Source: Lama guanicoe (Eukaryota). Taken from it: DNA of 64,000 nt. The stretch spans positions 1,363,964 to 1,427,963 of the forward strand of contig MU054187.1 of NCBI GenBank assembly GCA_013239625.1. Reading direction: 5' to 3'. Below the pieces are notes generated by a model. The model was not told the origin of the DNA. It made no database searches and saw only the letters and a program-made list of their open reading frames with translations. Below, piece by piece: positions 1-12,493 of the stretch (the first letter of the stretch is position 1; every line of letters starts with the position of its first letter). The translations under genes and the position numbers were made by a program.

Positions 1-500
1 GGGGCGTGGCCCGGCCCCCGCCGCGCGCGCTGCTCGCCGGGAGCCCCGCCCCGCCAGTGCACGCAGCCCTTCCGCCCAGCGCGCGGCCCGCACGCGCCCC
101 CGGCCTCCCATATTCGAGCTCCCGAAGCCCCGCGGACAGCTCGTGTCCCAGACCCCCGCTTACGCTCCGGGGGCGGGCCCTTGGCCGTCCCAGTCGGGGC
201 GAACGTCCCTTCGCGCGGCTGCAACGTTAAACCAAAAATGCCGTTGCCTTGGCTTGATAAAGGCCCGGGAAGGGGCTCTTGCAAGGCCCGCGGCCTGGTA
301 AACCCGGGGTGGGGGGGCTGGAGCTCAGGGTCTCCGGGGAGGGGAGGGGCGGGGCCCTTGAGGAGCGCCGAGCCGTTCGGCCCGTCGGGTGTGGGGAGGC
401 TGCGGGTTCGCCCCCCACCGGGGTGGGGAGGCCGCGTCAGCTCGGGGGGCGTGGAGGGCAGGGTTGGACGCCACACGCTTCGGTGTCTTCGCCGTGATGC
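1..500. promoter_or_regulatory. CpG island / promoter-like region, probably continuing left of the window
   Basis: Very GC- and CpG-rich. SP/KLF box GGGGCGTGGC at 1-10, further GC boxes, and G-tracts at 336-354. Composition drops to AT-rich after about 500. Confidence 0.8.
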
Positions 501-1499
501 ACCCGCTGTTTCCTGGATGAACACTGCTGGGTTGTTGCAGGCTGTGGGTTAGTTTCCAGTGTATCGTGACAATTTTCCAGTGTTCTGTTTTCTTCATGGA
601 GAATGGTTTGTCAGAGGTCACCGCTCTGACGTTCCGGATGCCTTTTCTTCTGTCATTAAGTTTTACCTTCCAGGGAGAGCGAGGGGAAGCCAGAGCATCT
701 GTCCCCTTCAAATAAAAATAATGAAAATGCACAAGCAAGGAGGGAACAGGGAGTTGTTGACGGAGTTTGTGTCCTGTGAGGTTTTTAAAATACATTTTCT
801 ATTTTTACTGAGCTGTAGTCAGTTACGACGTGTCAGTCCCTGGTGCGCAGCATCATGTCCCAGTCATGTGCATACATACATGTATCCGCTTTCATATTTA
901 TTTTATTGATTCCATTATTATGTCCGTACTTTGAATGTTAGACTTTGTTTTACTGATTCCTTTTTTAAAAATGATCATCGCCTTCTGAATAAAAGGAGTA
1001 AACCCAGTCCCCCAGGATCCAGTGCCTTCTCGCCAGGGTCCTGGTCGGCCTTCTTCCTCAGCACGGGCTGTGTTCTCCGACCTGCGCTCACTCTTTTTCC
1101 TGTCTGATGTTTTTTACTTTGACTTCTTTCACTGTATTTACTACACAGGTAAATATTGTCTCTCCAAATACTGTTTACTCTTCAGAAAGTAAATAACTTC
1201 TCTTTTTTCCTTCCCTCTGATTCGCCATTCTTTTAGTTGGGGACTATATTAAGATCACCCATTACACGCTCCTGAGCCTGGAGAATTTCCAGTGTCGATT
1301 TTCGCACCACGCAGTATAAATATTAAACACAGATTAATTCCTGAACGGATGCTGAATATTCTAATACTCCTGACTCAGTCACAAGCAATCATTTTCTGGC
1401 ACCTTTAATAGATACCCTTAATATAAACAGATACAAAGTTTCTCCTCAAGTGACTTAACGATTCACTGTGGTGGGTAAAAAATATATATATAAAACCCA

Positions 1500-1900
1500 A
1501 CGAGCAGGGCAAATGTTAATTCTGATGATCTCCAACTGATCATTTTTTTGTTTTGTTTTATGCATCATGTCTAAGAACATCTCACCAAGCCCTCAGTCCT
1601 CAAGATTTTCTCCTTTATTTTCCATTTAAATCTGTGAACCATTTAGACTTAATTTAGTATAAAGTATAAGGTGTAAGGATTAGGTGTCATTTGGTTTTTT
1701 TATACATGTATGCAAAATATATATTGGAGATTATATATATTATGTATTATATAATATGCAGTAAATACATTGGAGATACTATATATTACATACGTAGTAA
1801 ATACATATTGACAATTATATCTGTATGTCCAGTTGCTCCAGCACTTTTTAAAAGACTATGTGTCTTTATTAAATTGCTTTTATATCTTTGCCAAAAATTA
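1500..1900 (-). mobile_element. Old L1 ORF2 fragment, inverted part of a 5'-inverted element
   Basis: Antisense L1 ORF2-like text (CCAGTTGCTCCAGCAC..., AAGATTTTCTCCTTTATTTT...), interrupted by an AT-rich expansion at about 1700-1820. Confidence 0.65.
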
Positions 1901-2875
1901 GAAATGGGCAAAAGATATGAACAGGCATTTCAGCATAGAAAATACAGACAGGAAACAAGCACATGAAAACACGTTCAGCATCACGAGGCAACAGGAAATG
2001 TGAATCAGAACCACAGCGAGGTGTCCCCACACGAGTATCGTAACAGCTGAAAGTAAACAAATAAGTAAAGCTGTGTCTTGACCCAGACGTGGAGAAACGG
2101 GCTCTCCTTTACGCCACTTACGGGGATGGGAAGTTTTAGGGGGTGCGTGTGATTTCATTTATTGACAGGTCAACTCGCTTTCTCCAGGAGTCCACTTACG
2201 GAAAATTTTAAAGCCACGTGGGAAGACAGTTTGGCAGCGTCTTTAAAATACGTAAATAAGTAAGCGAGCGCTTGCTGCCCTACCCAGGACTTGCCTCCTG
2301 GGCACTTGACCCAGAGGATTTAAAGCTGTGTTCACACCAGGACCTGTGCAGGGGTGCTCAGAGCAGCTCCCCTGGCAGCAGCCAAAACTGGACGCAGCCA
2401 GATTGTCCCTTAATGGGTGACTGGTCAAAGACACCGTGGTGCATCCAGGCCTGGGACACTACTCAGAAATAAAAAAAGGAACAGATTGTTGACACGCGCA
2501 GGAATGTGGATGGAAGTCAGAGGTGTTACAAGAAATGAAACAAGCCGATCTCAAGTCCTTTCAAGCAGCTTTCAGAAAACAGTTCCCTTCCACGGGCCAG
2601 TGTTTGGGGGTGGAGGTGGCAGGAGGGTGGGAGGGACTCAGACTTGGAGGATGAGCGAGGTCTTGGAGATGGGGGACCAGCTCTGCGTCCTGACTGTGGT
2701 TGTGGTGACACACGTCTGCACACGCAATGCACATGTGAGCGTCCTGGATCTGACACTGTCCTCTGATTGAGTGACCTGTCAACACTGACAGAAACTGGGT
2801 CAGGGTATGCAGGGCCACTTCGCGCTGACTTTGCACCTTCCTGTGGATACATGTATCAAGTTTAAAAGTTACCTA
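1900..2875 (+). mobile_element. Old L1 (L1MC/MD-like) ORF2 end and 3' UTR
   Basis: AAATGGGCAAAAGATATGAACAGGCATTTC...CATGAAAACACGTTCAGCATCAC matches the L1 ORF2 C-terminal region. It is followed by a degenerate 3' UTR. Confidence 0.75.
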
Positions 2876-4829
2876 CAAAGAATTTTGGCAAACAGGGAAA
2901 TGATGAATTCAGAATAAAAATCCTGCATGAACTCAGCATAAAGCTATATTAACTTTCTGACCGTCGTCATAGGCTCAGGGAAGTGTATGCAGGTGTGTGT
3001 CGGAAGAGGACAGGCCATCGCGCTATGTTTTCCACCCTACCTTCATCACTTGAAAATACACTGATGATATTTTTTCTTCTCATTTCGTGTTTCCTACATT
3101 AATACTTTTTGATGGTGGGGTATGCTTTTAAGTATTTGCTTATTATTTTAAAACAATTATTACCCATCTGGATTGATACCAGTTTAAGCACCAACCTCTT
3201 TAAACACAGTCATGAAGGACATGCACTTACACAGAGCTCTTATAGCAGAGCTGGACAAATCTCTGCAAGTAGAATTATGTGATGAAAGGTATAAATAATT
3301 TGAAATGCTTCACACATATCTGATGAATCCCCCATAGAAACCGTCTATCAAGTCACATGGCTTTTAGCAACACGTGCAAGCACGAGTTTCCACAGGGTGA
3401 GAACTGAGGACTGGTGTGACTGACTGATTTACTGAATTACCAGCAGAGCTGAAGTTTCTCTTCAAGCACTTACTGGTCATTTTTTAAAGTGCTCATCTGT
3501 GCCTCTGGCACTTTTTGTGCAGTTCGTCCATTGATTTATTACATGTGGCCTTGCATGTTTCCTCTGCATCAATGTGTAATACGTACATTTATTTTATACC
3601 GTTCATAATTGTTTTGTATTGCTTTCCCACCTAACATCGGCCTGTTATGTGACATATCTGCCTCAAATTTTTCCCTAATTACACGTGCCAACTTTTTCTT
3701 GATGACTTATTTTTAGATATAAAATGTTTTCCCCACGTTGAGATCAGTTTTTTGGAGACGATTTTTCCCTGTGTCTCATGATTCGCGTATCTTGCAAGCG
3801 AGGCGCTCACTGCCCTTTCTGAATTCTGTTAGCAAGGATGCTTTTATAGCTGAGTGCCTTGGAGGATGGAACTACTGTTTTCCTGAATAGCAAATAGCAT
3901 GTTTGCTTTCAGCCTTGGGAAGCGAGAGTTTCCCACTGGAGCAGAGGGCAGGCGCGCTCACCGCTCAGTGAGATAGAGCCGCCCTGGTCAGGCCGGCTCG
4001 CCGCGCTCGGAGCCCTGGGCGTCTCTGCTGTGCGGCAGTCCTGCTCCTGGGTCTCCCGCCCTCTTTGCGTCGCCCTGCGGGAACTGAGGGTCAGAAAACC
4101 GGCACAAGGATAATGAAGCTCTGCCTACTGCAACCGCAGTGACCGGCAGACCAGCCCTCAGTGCTTACCTGGGACTCCCATGTCTTCTGCCCACACCCAT
4201 GCCATCCACAGCTTGCACGCAGGTAAATCCCCGAGCCATCTCAGTTCTTGATAATCATATATAAGCCCTTGTAGAATTTGTCTATTTTGTTTCCTGTTTC
4301 ATTCAATTACTTATTTAAGATATAAATAATTTAGGCATTTCTAGGTTGCGTATTTGAGACAGGAAAATTCTTAAGAGCAAAGACCGTGGAGCCAGACGAC
4401 CTGGGTAAAGGGTACATGGGTCCTATGTGTACATTTAAGTTCTGGTTAATCTATAATTATTCCAAAACAAAAAGTTAAAGAAACTTGATATTAAGCTAAA
4501 AGAGTTGAGAACTCACACAAAATCATGGCTTATTTTTTTTATCATCTTAACAAAGTCACAGATCAAAAGTTGTGATTCTTGGAGTCAATCTATCAGGTTT
4601 TATTTTCAATGGATTGTAATTTGGTGTTAAATCTGAGCTCTTGGTGTAAGTTCAAGCCACAAAGATTTCCCTATTTCCTTCTTGTGCAAGTTTCATAGTT
4701 TTATCTTTTGCATTTGGTTCTGTGATCTATTTGCAGCTGTTTTTAATACATCTGAAGTACCAGGAAGTAGGGAGGCGTTTTTGCTGTTTGTTTTTCTGAT
4801 GGACATCCAGATGCTCCAGGACTGCTTCT

Positions 4830-5780
4830 CCACGGACGTGCCGGGCGGAGGCGCACCTGAGAAGGCGTGGGGCCCCGTGTCCCCGCCCCGCCGTGGTCTC
4901 TCCCAGAGTAGAGCTGTGTGGAGCCCAGACACTGACAGTGGCTTTCATCAGGCTGGAAAAGAGAGCCCTGGTCTGACACAAAACACCATTTATGAAAATT
5001 TTAGAGGAAAAAGGAGAGAACATAACAACACAGAACCCCGTCCACGTACGGCAGCTGCTGGTGTGGCTGAACTCCCAGAGCCAGAATCCCAGGACCTAAA
5101 TGAAAAGGGGCAAACGAGTTATCAGTGAGACTGCAGCTGGGAGCACTGATGGAGCGATGCTTCTGCAGACAACGGTATAAATGGTGCAATAAAAGGGCTT
5201 CTTGATACAGTGAGTGTCTTCAGGAACTGGCCGTACCAGAGCCACAGAATGTTGCAATACCAAAAGAAATTATTTTTAAAACCCTCAGCAATGTCAGTGG
5301 CACTCTGTAAATACTTGTAAAGTTGGCAAAGCTATGAAACTGGTCACGAGAGCCCACCGACTGACTCATCAATCCAGCTAGGTGCTTCAAACCGTCAAAG
5401 CTGAGGCTGGAAGTCGTCCACGTCACGAGGCTCACTTCTCAGTGGCAGGATTCAGCTGTGCATGCTGCCGTTTGGCTCTGAAGTTATCGGGCCTCTCTGA
5501 GGAGCTCTCACCGAGGACGCTGACTGGGATCGCTGCTTCTGCAAAGTGCATTTTAGTCATGATCTCACACTGACAACTTTTGCATCGCTTTCGCCATTAT
5601 CATTCTTTTAAGAATTGTAAACCGAAACACTGCACCTCATTGTGTCATTCTATAACATTCTTTAAAGTAATTTTAAATATTGGTATTTGTTTCCGAAATT
5701 TTAACTTGAATGTAATACGTTGCAAGAGAATGTATTTGACAATGTTTGGTGGCATTCAAAAAATAGGTTACATGTGTTAA
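4830..5780 (+). mobile_element. hAT-superfamily (Tip100/Zaphod-like) DNA transposon fossil
   Basis: 5430-5590 translates, with frameshifts, to VAGFSCACCRLALKL / SLRSS / LTGIA. This resembles the hAT C-terminal dimerisation motif (SCERSFSALK..LRS....RLTGLA). Confidence 0.45.
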
Positions 5781-8489
5781 AAAAGATAACTGATCCAAAC
5801 TGGAAAAGAATAATATGAAAGTCTGTCTATTACTCCATTCAGTAAAGATTTTTGAAATTCCATAATGGAATACCTTGGGGGTCACCGTCCACAGCCTAAT
5901 CTTAGGAGCCAGGAATAAATTCTTGGGGAAGTTACACACATTCTGAAGCCGGAGGGTAACTAAGATTTAATCTGTTGAAGCAGATATAAAGGATAATTTT
6001 ACAGACAGGAAGATTACTGACAAGGCTATGTTGCTAAAACAGAGAAACTCCAAGAGCATCTTTAAAAAGCTGGACGTCTGCCCCTCCCTGCAATGCGGGC
6101 TGCAAGGTGGGCGTGGCCCGGCGTAGACAGGCGGCTCTAAGACACAAAGTCACTTCTGGTCAGATTCTTTCCTTCCCTCATTTTTGGGAGTGATTTTTCT
6201 CCTGGAATCCAAGTTGCTTAGATTCCCATCCAGATTTCACTCCCAAAGGATGGAGAAGAAAGAGACAATTTTCAGGAGAGCTGGCTTGACTTTAAGTAGA
6301 AGAGAAATTAGGAGCTGTGCAAATACCTGTCTGATTTCAGCGCCAGAAGCAGGCTCAGGCAGCCGTGCCGACCTCCCCAAGGTGAGTGCGCGGGGCCTTT
6401 CCGGCTCGGTGGAGAGAGCAAAGCAGAGCTGAAAGGGTTTGTCAGGAGAGTCCACAAAGTGCCCCACCTGGTTTTTTATTTATTCATATTTTGACCATTT
6501 TTCCTTCAGAAAAGGTTAAAAACTTAGAAATCCGTCGACCTGTGTTTACTCTTTGCGAAGCCCTCTTCTAACCACAGGTGCTGATAAATAAATGTTCGGT
6601 GAGCGTATCTGTGTTTAAACTGAGCGTATGTAGGATGTTTAGCCAATGTTTTGTGATTTAATGTCTATTTTAAGACTTATAGTGGAAAATGTTTACTCAA
6701 ATTTAGGCTCTAGAAGCAATTAAATTAAAAACTATTTCATTTGTGTATCCACATGGTTAACGGTGCTTAGATATGCATGTATGCTTGTTAATTAAATTTA
6801 AGTATACGCATTGAAAAGTATGTGAAGAAAAACCCGATTTTGTTGATATTTAAAGAGAAAATGGAAATGAGCATTTAATCCAAATTGCTAGTCAAGAGGT
6901 ATTCAATTTTAAATAATTAGGAGCACAAACTCATGTGTTTAGAAGAAATATCAACACTTTCATCCATTATTTCTATTTCCCGATGAACTCTGTGTCTGTC
7001 TTTAGGTTTAACCCTTCAAAGGCTGCCTGTCTGTGCTTGGATCCCACATGAGGCTGCTTGCTCACCGCACTGTGGGAAGTGGACGGCAAACTTCCTTCCC
7101 TGTGTCCGAATCCCCGCACCCATCCGTCAGCACTTCCGCGTCCAGTCACGGTCCTCACTCACATTTCTGCCATCATTTTCCAGCACATTTGTTGTTCTTG
7201 TTCAATGAGGGCACTGGGGGATACAATACTGTTCTATTAACTTCTTTCTCCCGCAGACTGCTCCAGACAGCCTCGTGCACAAACCAGACACTCAGAGTTT
7301 CTTGAAAGGCACTGTGGGATTTGTCTGCTTTCTCTTAGTTTTACCCACCTGGTGTGCCCTGTTCTTACTGCCATCCCTGCTGTCGAAAGCAAGCACATCT
7401 CTAGTTGACTGGTGTCAGCAGCTGGAACTAAAATTATATGGCCCGGAATGAGCCAAGCGGCCACTTTATTATTTGCCCTTGGTTTTAAATGTCTTAATAG
7501 CCATGGACTGCCCCATTCGTACTGAGCCATTTTCCCTTCAGGATTGGCCGATCCCGGGAACAAGCTAGCAGGTGTTCCGGCAAGGGCGTTAGGGAATCGA
7601 GTAAAATGGTACAGAGCTTGGGGGGCCTGTCTGCATTGTACAAGCATTTAGTCCCCTTATAGAATGAAGAGCAGCATCGTAGCTCTGAAAATAAAGAATT
7701 TAATTTAGAAAAAAAGATACTTATGGCAAATAAATTGTTTAATTTCAACTGAGCAAATATTTATTGAACCTGTATCACCACGAACTCACTTATTAAATGA
7801 TCTCCTCTGCAACACTGAGACAGAACACTAGCAGCCAGCTTGCCTAGCACGTCACTTATTTGATATCTGCACTTCAGCGACACTCTGCCTTCAGAGCATC
7901 TGTTATTTTGCAATTTTTAGTCTATGGTGTTACTGATTTTTCACACTTTAGTATCGCTCATCCTTGCAAAGCATGCCTGAATTATAGACAAAAATATAAA
8001 AGAAGAAAAGGTTAATAATGGAAAAAAAGCAAGTGTCCTTCTAGAGAGACTTTTCTCCTAGGACTTCTTTGTTTTTCAAGGACTAAAAGTTAAATTTTAA
8101 AACTTAAGTCAGCTGCTGATAAGAAAGCTTAAAAGTGTGCTTATTTAGAGCAAAGTTTGTACAAAATTATAATTTTAGTAAAATCACCTATTGTGTGAGT
8201 TTATCTGAACTTTTATCATGGGTTTTTACAAACTTTTTGGAGCTCAGCAGAAATGGCAAGGCAGACACTTGATAGCTTTAAGAGGCTAATAGATACCTAG
8301 GAATCTTGTGATCATATGCTGACAATTTTGGTTTCCAGTCATGTGAAGGGCATATGCCCCTGACTTACTGGGGGGATAATGGAGATCTGGGAGAGCCTGG
8401 GACTGTATGTAAACCACAAAGGAAAAGTAAGACAAATACAGTTACTAGTAATTATAAATGCTTGGAAAGCGGAAGTTACCGTAAGTTTA

Positions 8490-9410
8490 AAACAGAAACG
8501 AGAGAAAAGAGGAAATGTTTGCAAGTCACACAACAGATGAAGGATGCAGTTTTCCTTATGTGCCGACTGACTATTCATATGAATGTGACACACAGTCTCA
8601 TTTTAAAATGGGCAGAGGACCTAAATTGACAGTTTTCCAAAGAAGACACACAAATGTCCAACGAGCACATGAAAGGGTGTTCAACATCACCAATTAGTAG
8701 GGAGTTTCGTGAATCAAAACTGTAATGTCACCTCACCCCTGTCAGAATGGCTATCATCACAAAGACAAGAAATACCAAATGTTGGTGAGGATGTGGAGAA
8801 AAGGGAACCCTCATGCACTGTTGGTAGAACTGTACGCTGGTGCAGCCACTGTGGAGATTCCTCAAAAAGTTAAGAGCAGAACTAACATATGGCCCAACTA
8901 TTCCACATCTGGGGATTTATCCAAAGAACACGGGAACATTAATTCAAAAGACATGTGCACCCCTATGTTCGTTGCAGTGTTACTTAGAGCCAAGCTATAG
9001 GAACAACTTGAGTGTCTGTCAGTGGATCAGTGGCTACAGAAGGTGTGGTATATGCACTTAGTGGAATACTATTCAGCCATAAAAAGCATGAGACCCTGCC
9101 ATTTGCGACACCATGGAGAGACAGTGAAGGATTATGCTGAGGGAAGTCAAGTCAGCTGGAGAAAGACACACACCATATGATTTCACTCCTGCAGAATATA
9201 AAAACAAACAAAATAAAGCCAAAACAAACACATAGATAAGAGCCCAGATTAGTGGTTACCAGAAGGAAGGAGCCTGGAGAGTGGGCAGAATGGGTGAAGG
9301 AGGTTGGCTGCCTGGTGGCGGATGGGGTCTAGATCGTGGTGATGATCAAATTGTGGTGGATGCAGACATCACGTTACAATGCTGTTCATCTGAGACTTAG
9401 ATAATAAAAA
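8490..9410 (+). mobile_element. L1 (L1MA9-like) ORF2 C-terminus and 3' UTR
   Basis: AAAATGGGCAGAGGACCTAAA...GGATGTGGAGAAAAGGGAACCCTCATGCACTGTTGG...GGAATACTATTCAGCCATAAAAAG, ending in an A-rich tail. Confidence 0.9.
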
Positions 9411-9525
9411 AGCAGAAATTCTTTATCTCATCTGATCGTATTTCCTCTTTCATTGTTTTTCCAAACATTTCCAGAAGTCACCTTTTCCTTTCAAAATTCC
9501 TTTCTCTACCTCCAGGCTTAAGATT

Positions 9526-9568
9526 TAAAAAAAAAAAGAAAAGAAAAGAAAGAAAGAAAGAGAGAAAA
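9526..9568 (+). repeat. Poly-A / (AAAG)n simple repeat
   Basis: Directly visible. Confidence 0.9.
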
Positions 9569-10607
9569 CATCTATTTTAATCATTTGAAGACTTTTGTTT
9601 TCTTTTCCTCCTTTCAAACACCCCCTTTGAAGTCGCCTATCCTGTCTGCTGCACAGACGGACTCGAGGCAGCAGTAATTGACTGGATTCGCACAGGAGTT
9701 AGAGAGACAGGATGGAGGCTGGGATGAAGGGCAAGTGGCCAGTCCAGTAGCAACTTGAGAAATGAAGGACGTCCCCAGCTTCCCAGGACGATCACTGTCC
9801 TCCTAGGGTAAGAGATCTCTTGTTTTTAAATTATCGTGGTGCAGTGATGTGTATGTGCATGAATGCATGGAGACAGTAAAAGACAGTGCATTTAACTTTC
9901 AAAAACATAAAATGAGTGTCATTAGCAATCACCTTTGAACACTGTAATTTAAGTGCACGCTGTGTGAAGTACCACGTCCCCAGTGCATTTTCTTTAGAAA
10001 GGATCCATCGTAAGCACTGCGTTACCGCCCGCCTCTCTAGAAATGATCGGCGTCACATCACCCATGCACAACCCGTCCATTTCCCATCTCAGAAGTTGCT
10101 CCCTAGTTTCCTTTCAGTTCAGAGTATTGTAAATTATTCTTTTTGTGAACCTGAGGTTGATTTAAAAACAGAATTTCTGAGTACGGAAAAAGATTTGCCT
10201 GTGATAGGAAGTTCAAAGGAATTTTTTGTTCAATTATGAACACCAAGTGCAAAAAAGCTGAAGTATTCCTTTAGGGCTCCGCACTTGATAAGCAACCAGC
10301 GGAAGCAAACCCTAAGGGAGAGCCTGGTTGTGTCGTGAGAGTCACCTTTGGCCCTTCCGTGACACTAAATGTATTTGGGAAAGTGGACAAATATTCAGGG
10401 CTTCCTTTCCAATTCGCTGGATATTGACTCAGGACAGTCAATCTGCCCGTCTCGAATAACGTTCCCATAACCAGAAAATAGAAAAGGGTGCCACGGAGAA
10501 TTGAAAACTGACTCTGAGCCTCAGAGAAGCATATTTCATTTCTTAAAATGAATCAAATAAATACCACCTGAGCTGGGTTAGCTGAATGCATTCACACTTC
10601 CGCTCAC

Positions 10608-10666
10608 CTGCTCCCAGCTCCTGCAGCCGAGTCTTGAGGGGTCTCTGGGCTAATCAAGACGACCCA
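10608..10666 (-). other. Candidate internal exon (59 nt)
   Basis: Minus-strand acceptor TCTCACTTTTCTTCCTGCAG and donor CAG|GTGAGC. An upstream donor GCG|GTAAGC lies at 10916. One frame is open (WVVLISPETPQDSAAGAGS) and is not recognised. Confidence 0.35.
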
Positions 10667-12164
10667 CTGCAGGAAGAAAAGTGAGACGCAGGGAGAGATG
10701 CACCGCCAGAAACATGAGTGTCTCCCAGTTGGAAGGTGCTGCTGCACCAAAGCTCAGGTGTCCTGGGTAAAGAGACCACATGGGGGGACTTTAAAAAGGG
10801 AAAGGAAGGAAGAAAGCGCTGCTGGCTGGCACGTGAGGGAACCGGGGAGAGAGATGGAGAGGGAGGGAAAGAGGGTCAGCGTCAGAGCGAGAGCATCCTG
10901 GAGATGACATGCTTACCGCCCAGCCTTCCAACAACCTCTGGAGCGGAGACTCTCGGACGGAAGACCTTTCAGAAAGTCCCCCAGGGAATAAATGGCCACG
11001 CAGTGTCTGAGCGAGCCATCCAGAATGGTGATGTAGCTGAATGCCTCTTGTTCACCATATTTTATTCGGCTTAGGACACGTCACAAGTAAAGCTTAGGGC
11101 CATACAGGGAGAGGGGCGAAGAAGCCTGCACATACAGCCCGGAGCTCTCGTCGCAACGAGATAATACCCTTGGATGAATCTGAGACAGTACAGTGCAAAG
11201 ACATAATTCTGAACTATAAAACTGGAATAAAAACACAGAAAATAAAAGGAATTGTAAGGAAAGCAGCGCTATCTGAGCACCCTGAGCGGAAAGGGCGTCA
11301 GGCCCCCCAGCCCCTTGGCTGTGGCTCGCGCTCTGCGGGAGGTCCTCCCCAGGAGGGCTGCCGCGGGCGTTTCCGCCGCAGCCCGCTGGTGCCTTACTGG
11401 TGTCCTCTTCGTGGGGTGTTAAGGTAGGGGGGAGCGGTGTAAGATTTTACTGTGAAATCTGTCTTTGGAGGTGTGTGTCCCTGGTCTGGGACATTCAGTG
11501 CTCCTCGCTTTCAGCCGCTCTTTAAGTGGGGCTGGGGATGCGAAGGGGCTGCAGTGAGGAAAACACACTGCCCCGATGAGCTACGACTGGTAATATCTCC
11601 ATCCCCGGAAAGCGGGCCTTGGCTGTGGAGAATCCTCTGTACATGTGTGTATCACAAAGTCATCCTTTCCACCTCCTGCCAGAGCCAGGAGACGATCTTT
11701 CTTAGGTGTTCAGTAGGAGAGCCTCGCCATTTCCAGAAGGTAAAATACACAAATGTGGGAGCACCGTTAAGATGACAGTCCCCCCGGTTTCTCATTCTCA
11801 AGCCAGCCCTCACTCCGCCTCCAGTTACTCACTAAAGGCACCAGTTTGTGCCTGGCGTGGCCTCCTTCCAGATGAGCACGCCTTGCCTGTGATCCCCTGC
11901 GTTCACCGATTTGACCTAATTGTAGGGAACCTTGACCTTGGGACCTCAGGACTCCAATGGCTGCAAAAAGTCACTGATTACCCATTTTTTTCCAGTACTT
12001 TGTTGTTGTAAGAATATGAGCAATGACACTCAACATCATCAAATGTTGGAGTTGAGCCCAGACGTTCCACGTTTAGTGCATAAATAGGGCCCAGCACCCA
12101 AAGAAGTTTCTAACTGACAGGTTAAATGTAATGAACGATCAATAAGTACTATCAGTCTACCGGC

Positions 12165-12493
12165 TTCATTGTCTTTGTTCTTTTTTCAGATTCCACATAT
12201 GAGTGATACCATAAGGTATTTTTCTTTCTCTTTCTGACTTACTTCACTTAGGGTAACATTCTCCAGGTCCATCAGTGTTGCTGCAAATGGCGTTACTTCA
12301 TTCTTTTTAATGGCTGAGTAGTATTCCATTGTATAAATATACCACAGCTTCTTTATCTAGTCATCTGTCAAGGGACGTTTAGGTTGCTTCGATGTCTTAT
12401 CTTTTATAAATAGAGTTGCTATGAACACTGGGGTGCATGTATCTTTTCGAATTGGAGTTCCCTCTGGATATATGCCCAGGAGTGGGATTGCTG
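12165..12493 (-). mobile_element. Young artiodactyl/camelid-type L1 fragment
   Basis: TTCAGATTCCACATATGAGTGATACC...TTTTTAATGGCTGAGTAGTATTCCATTG...CCCAGGAGTGGGATTGCTG, antisense to the element at 19.1-19.8 kb. Confidence 0.9.
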
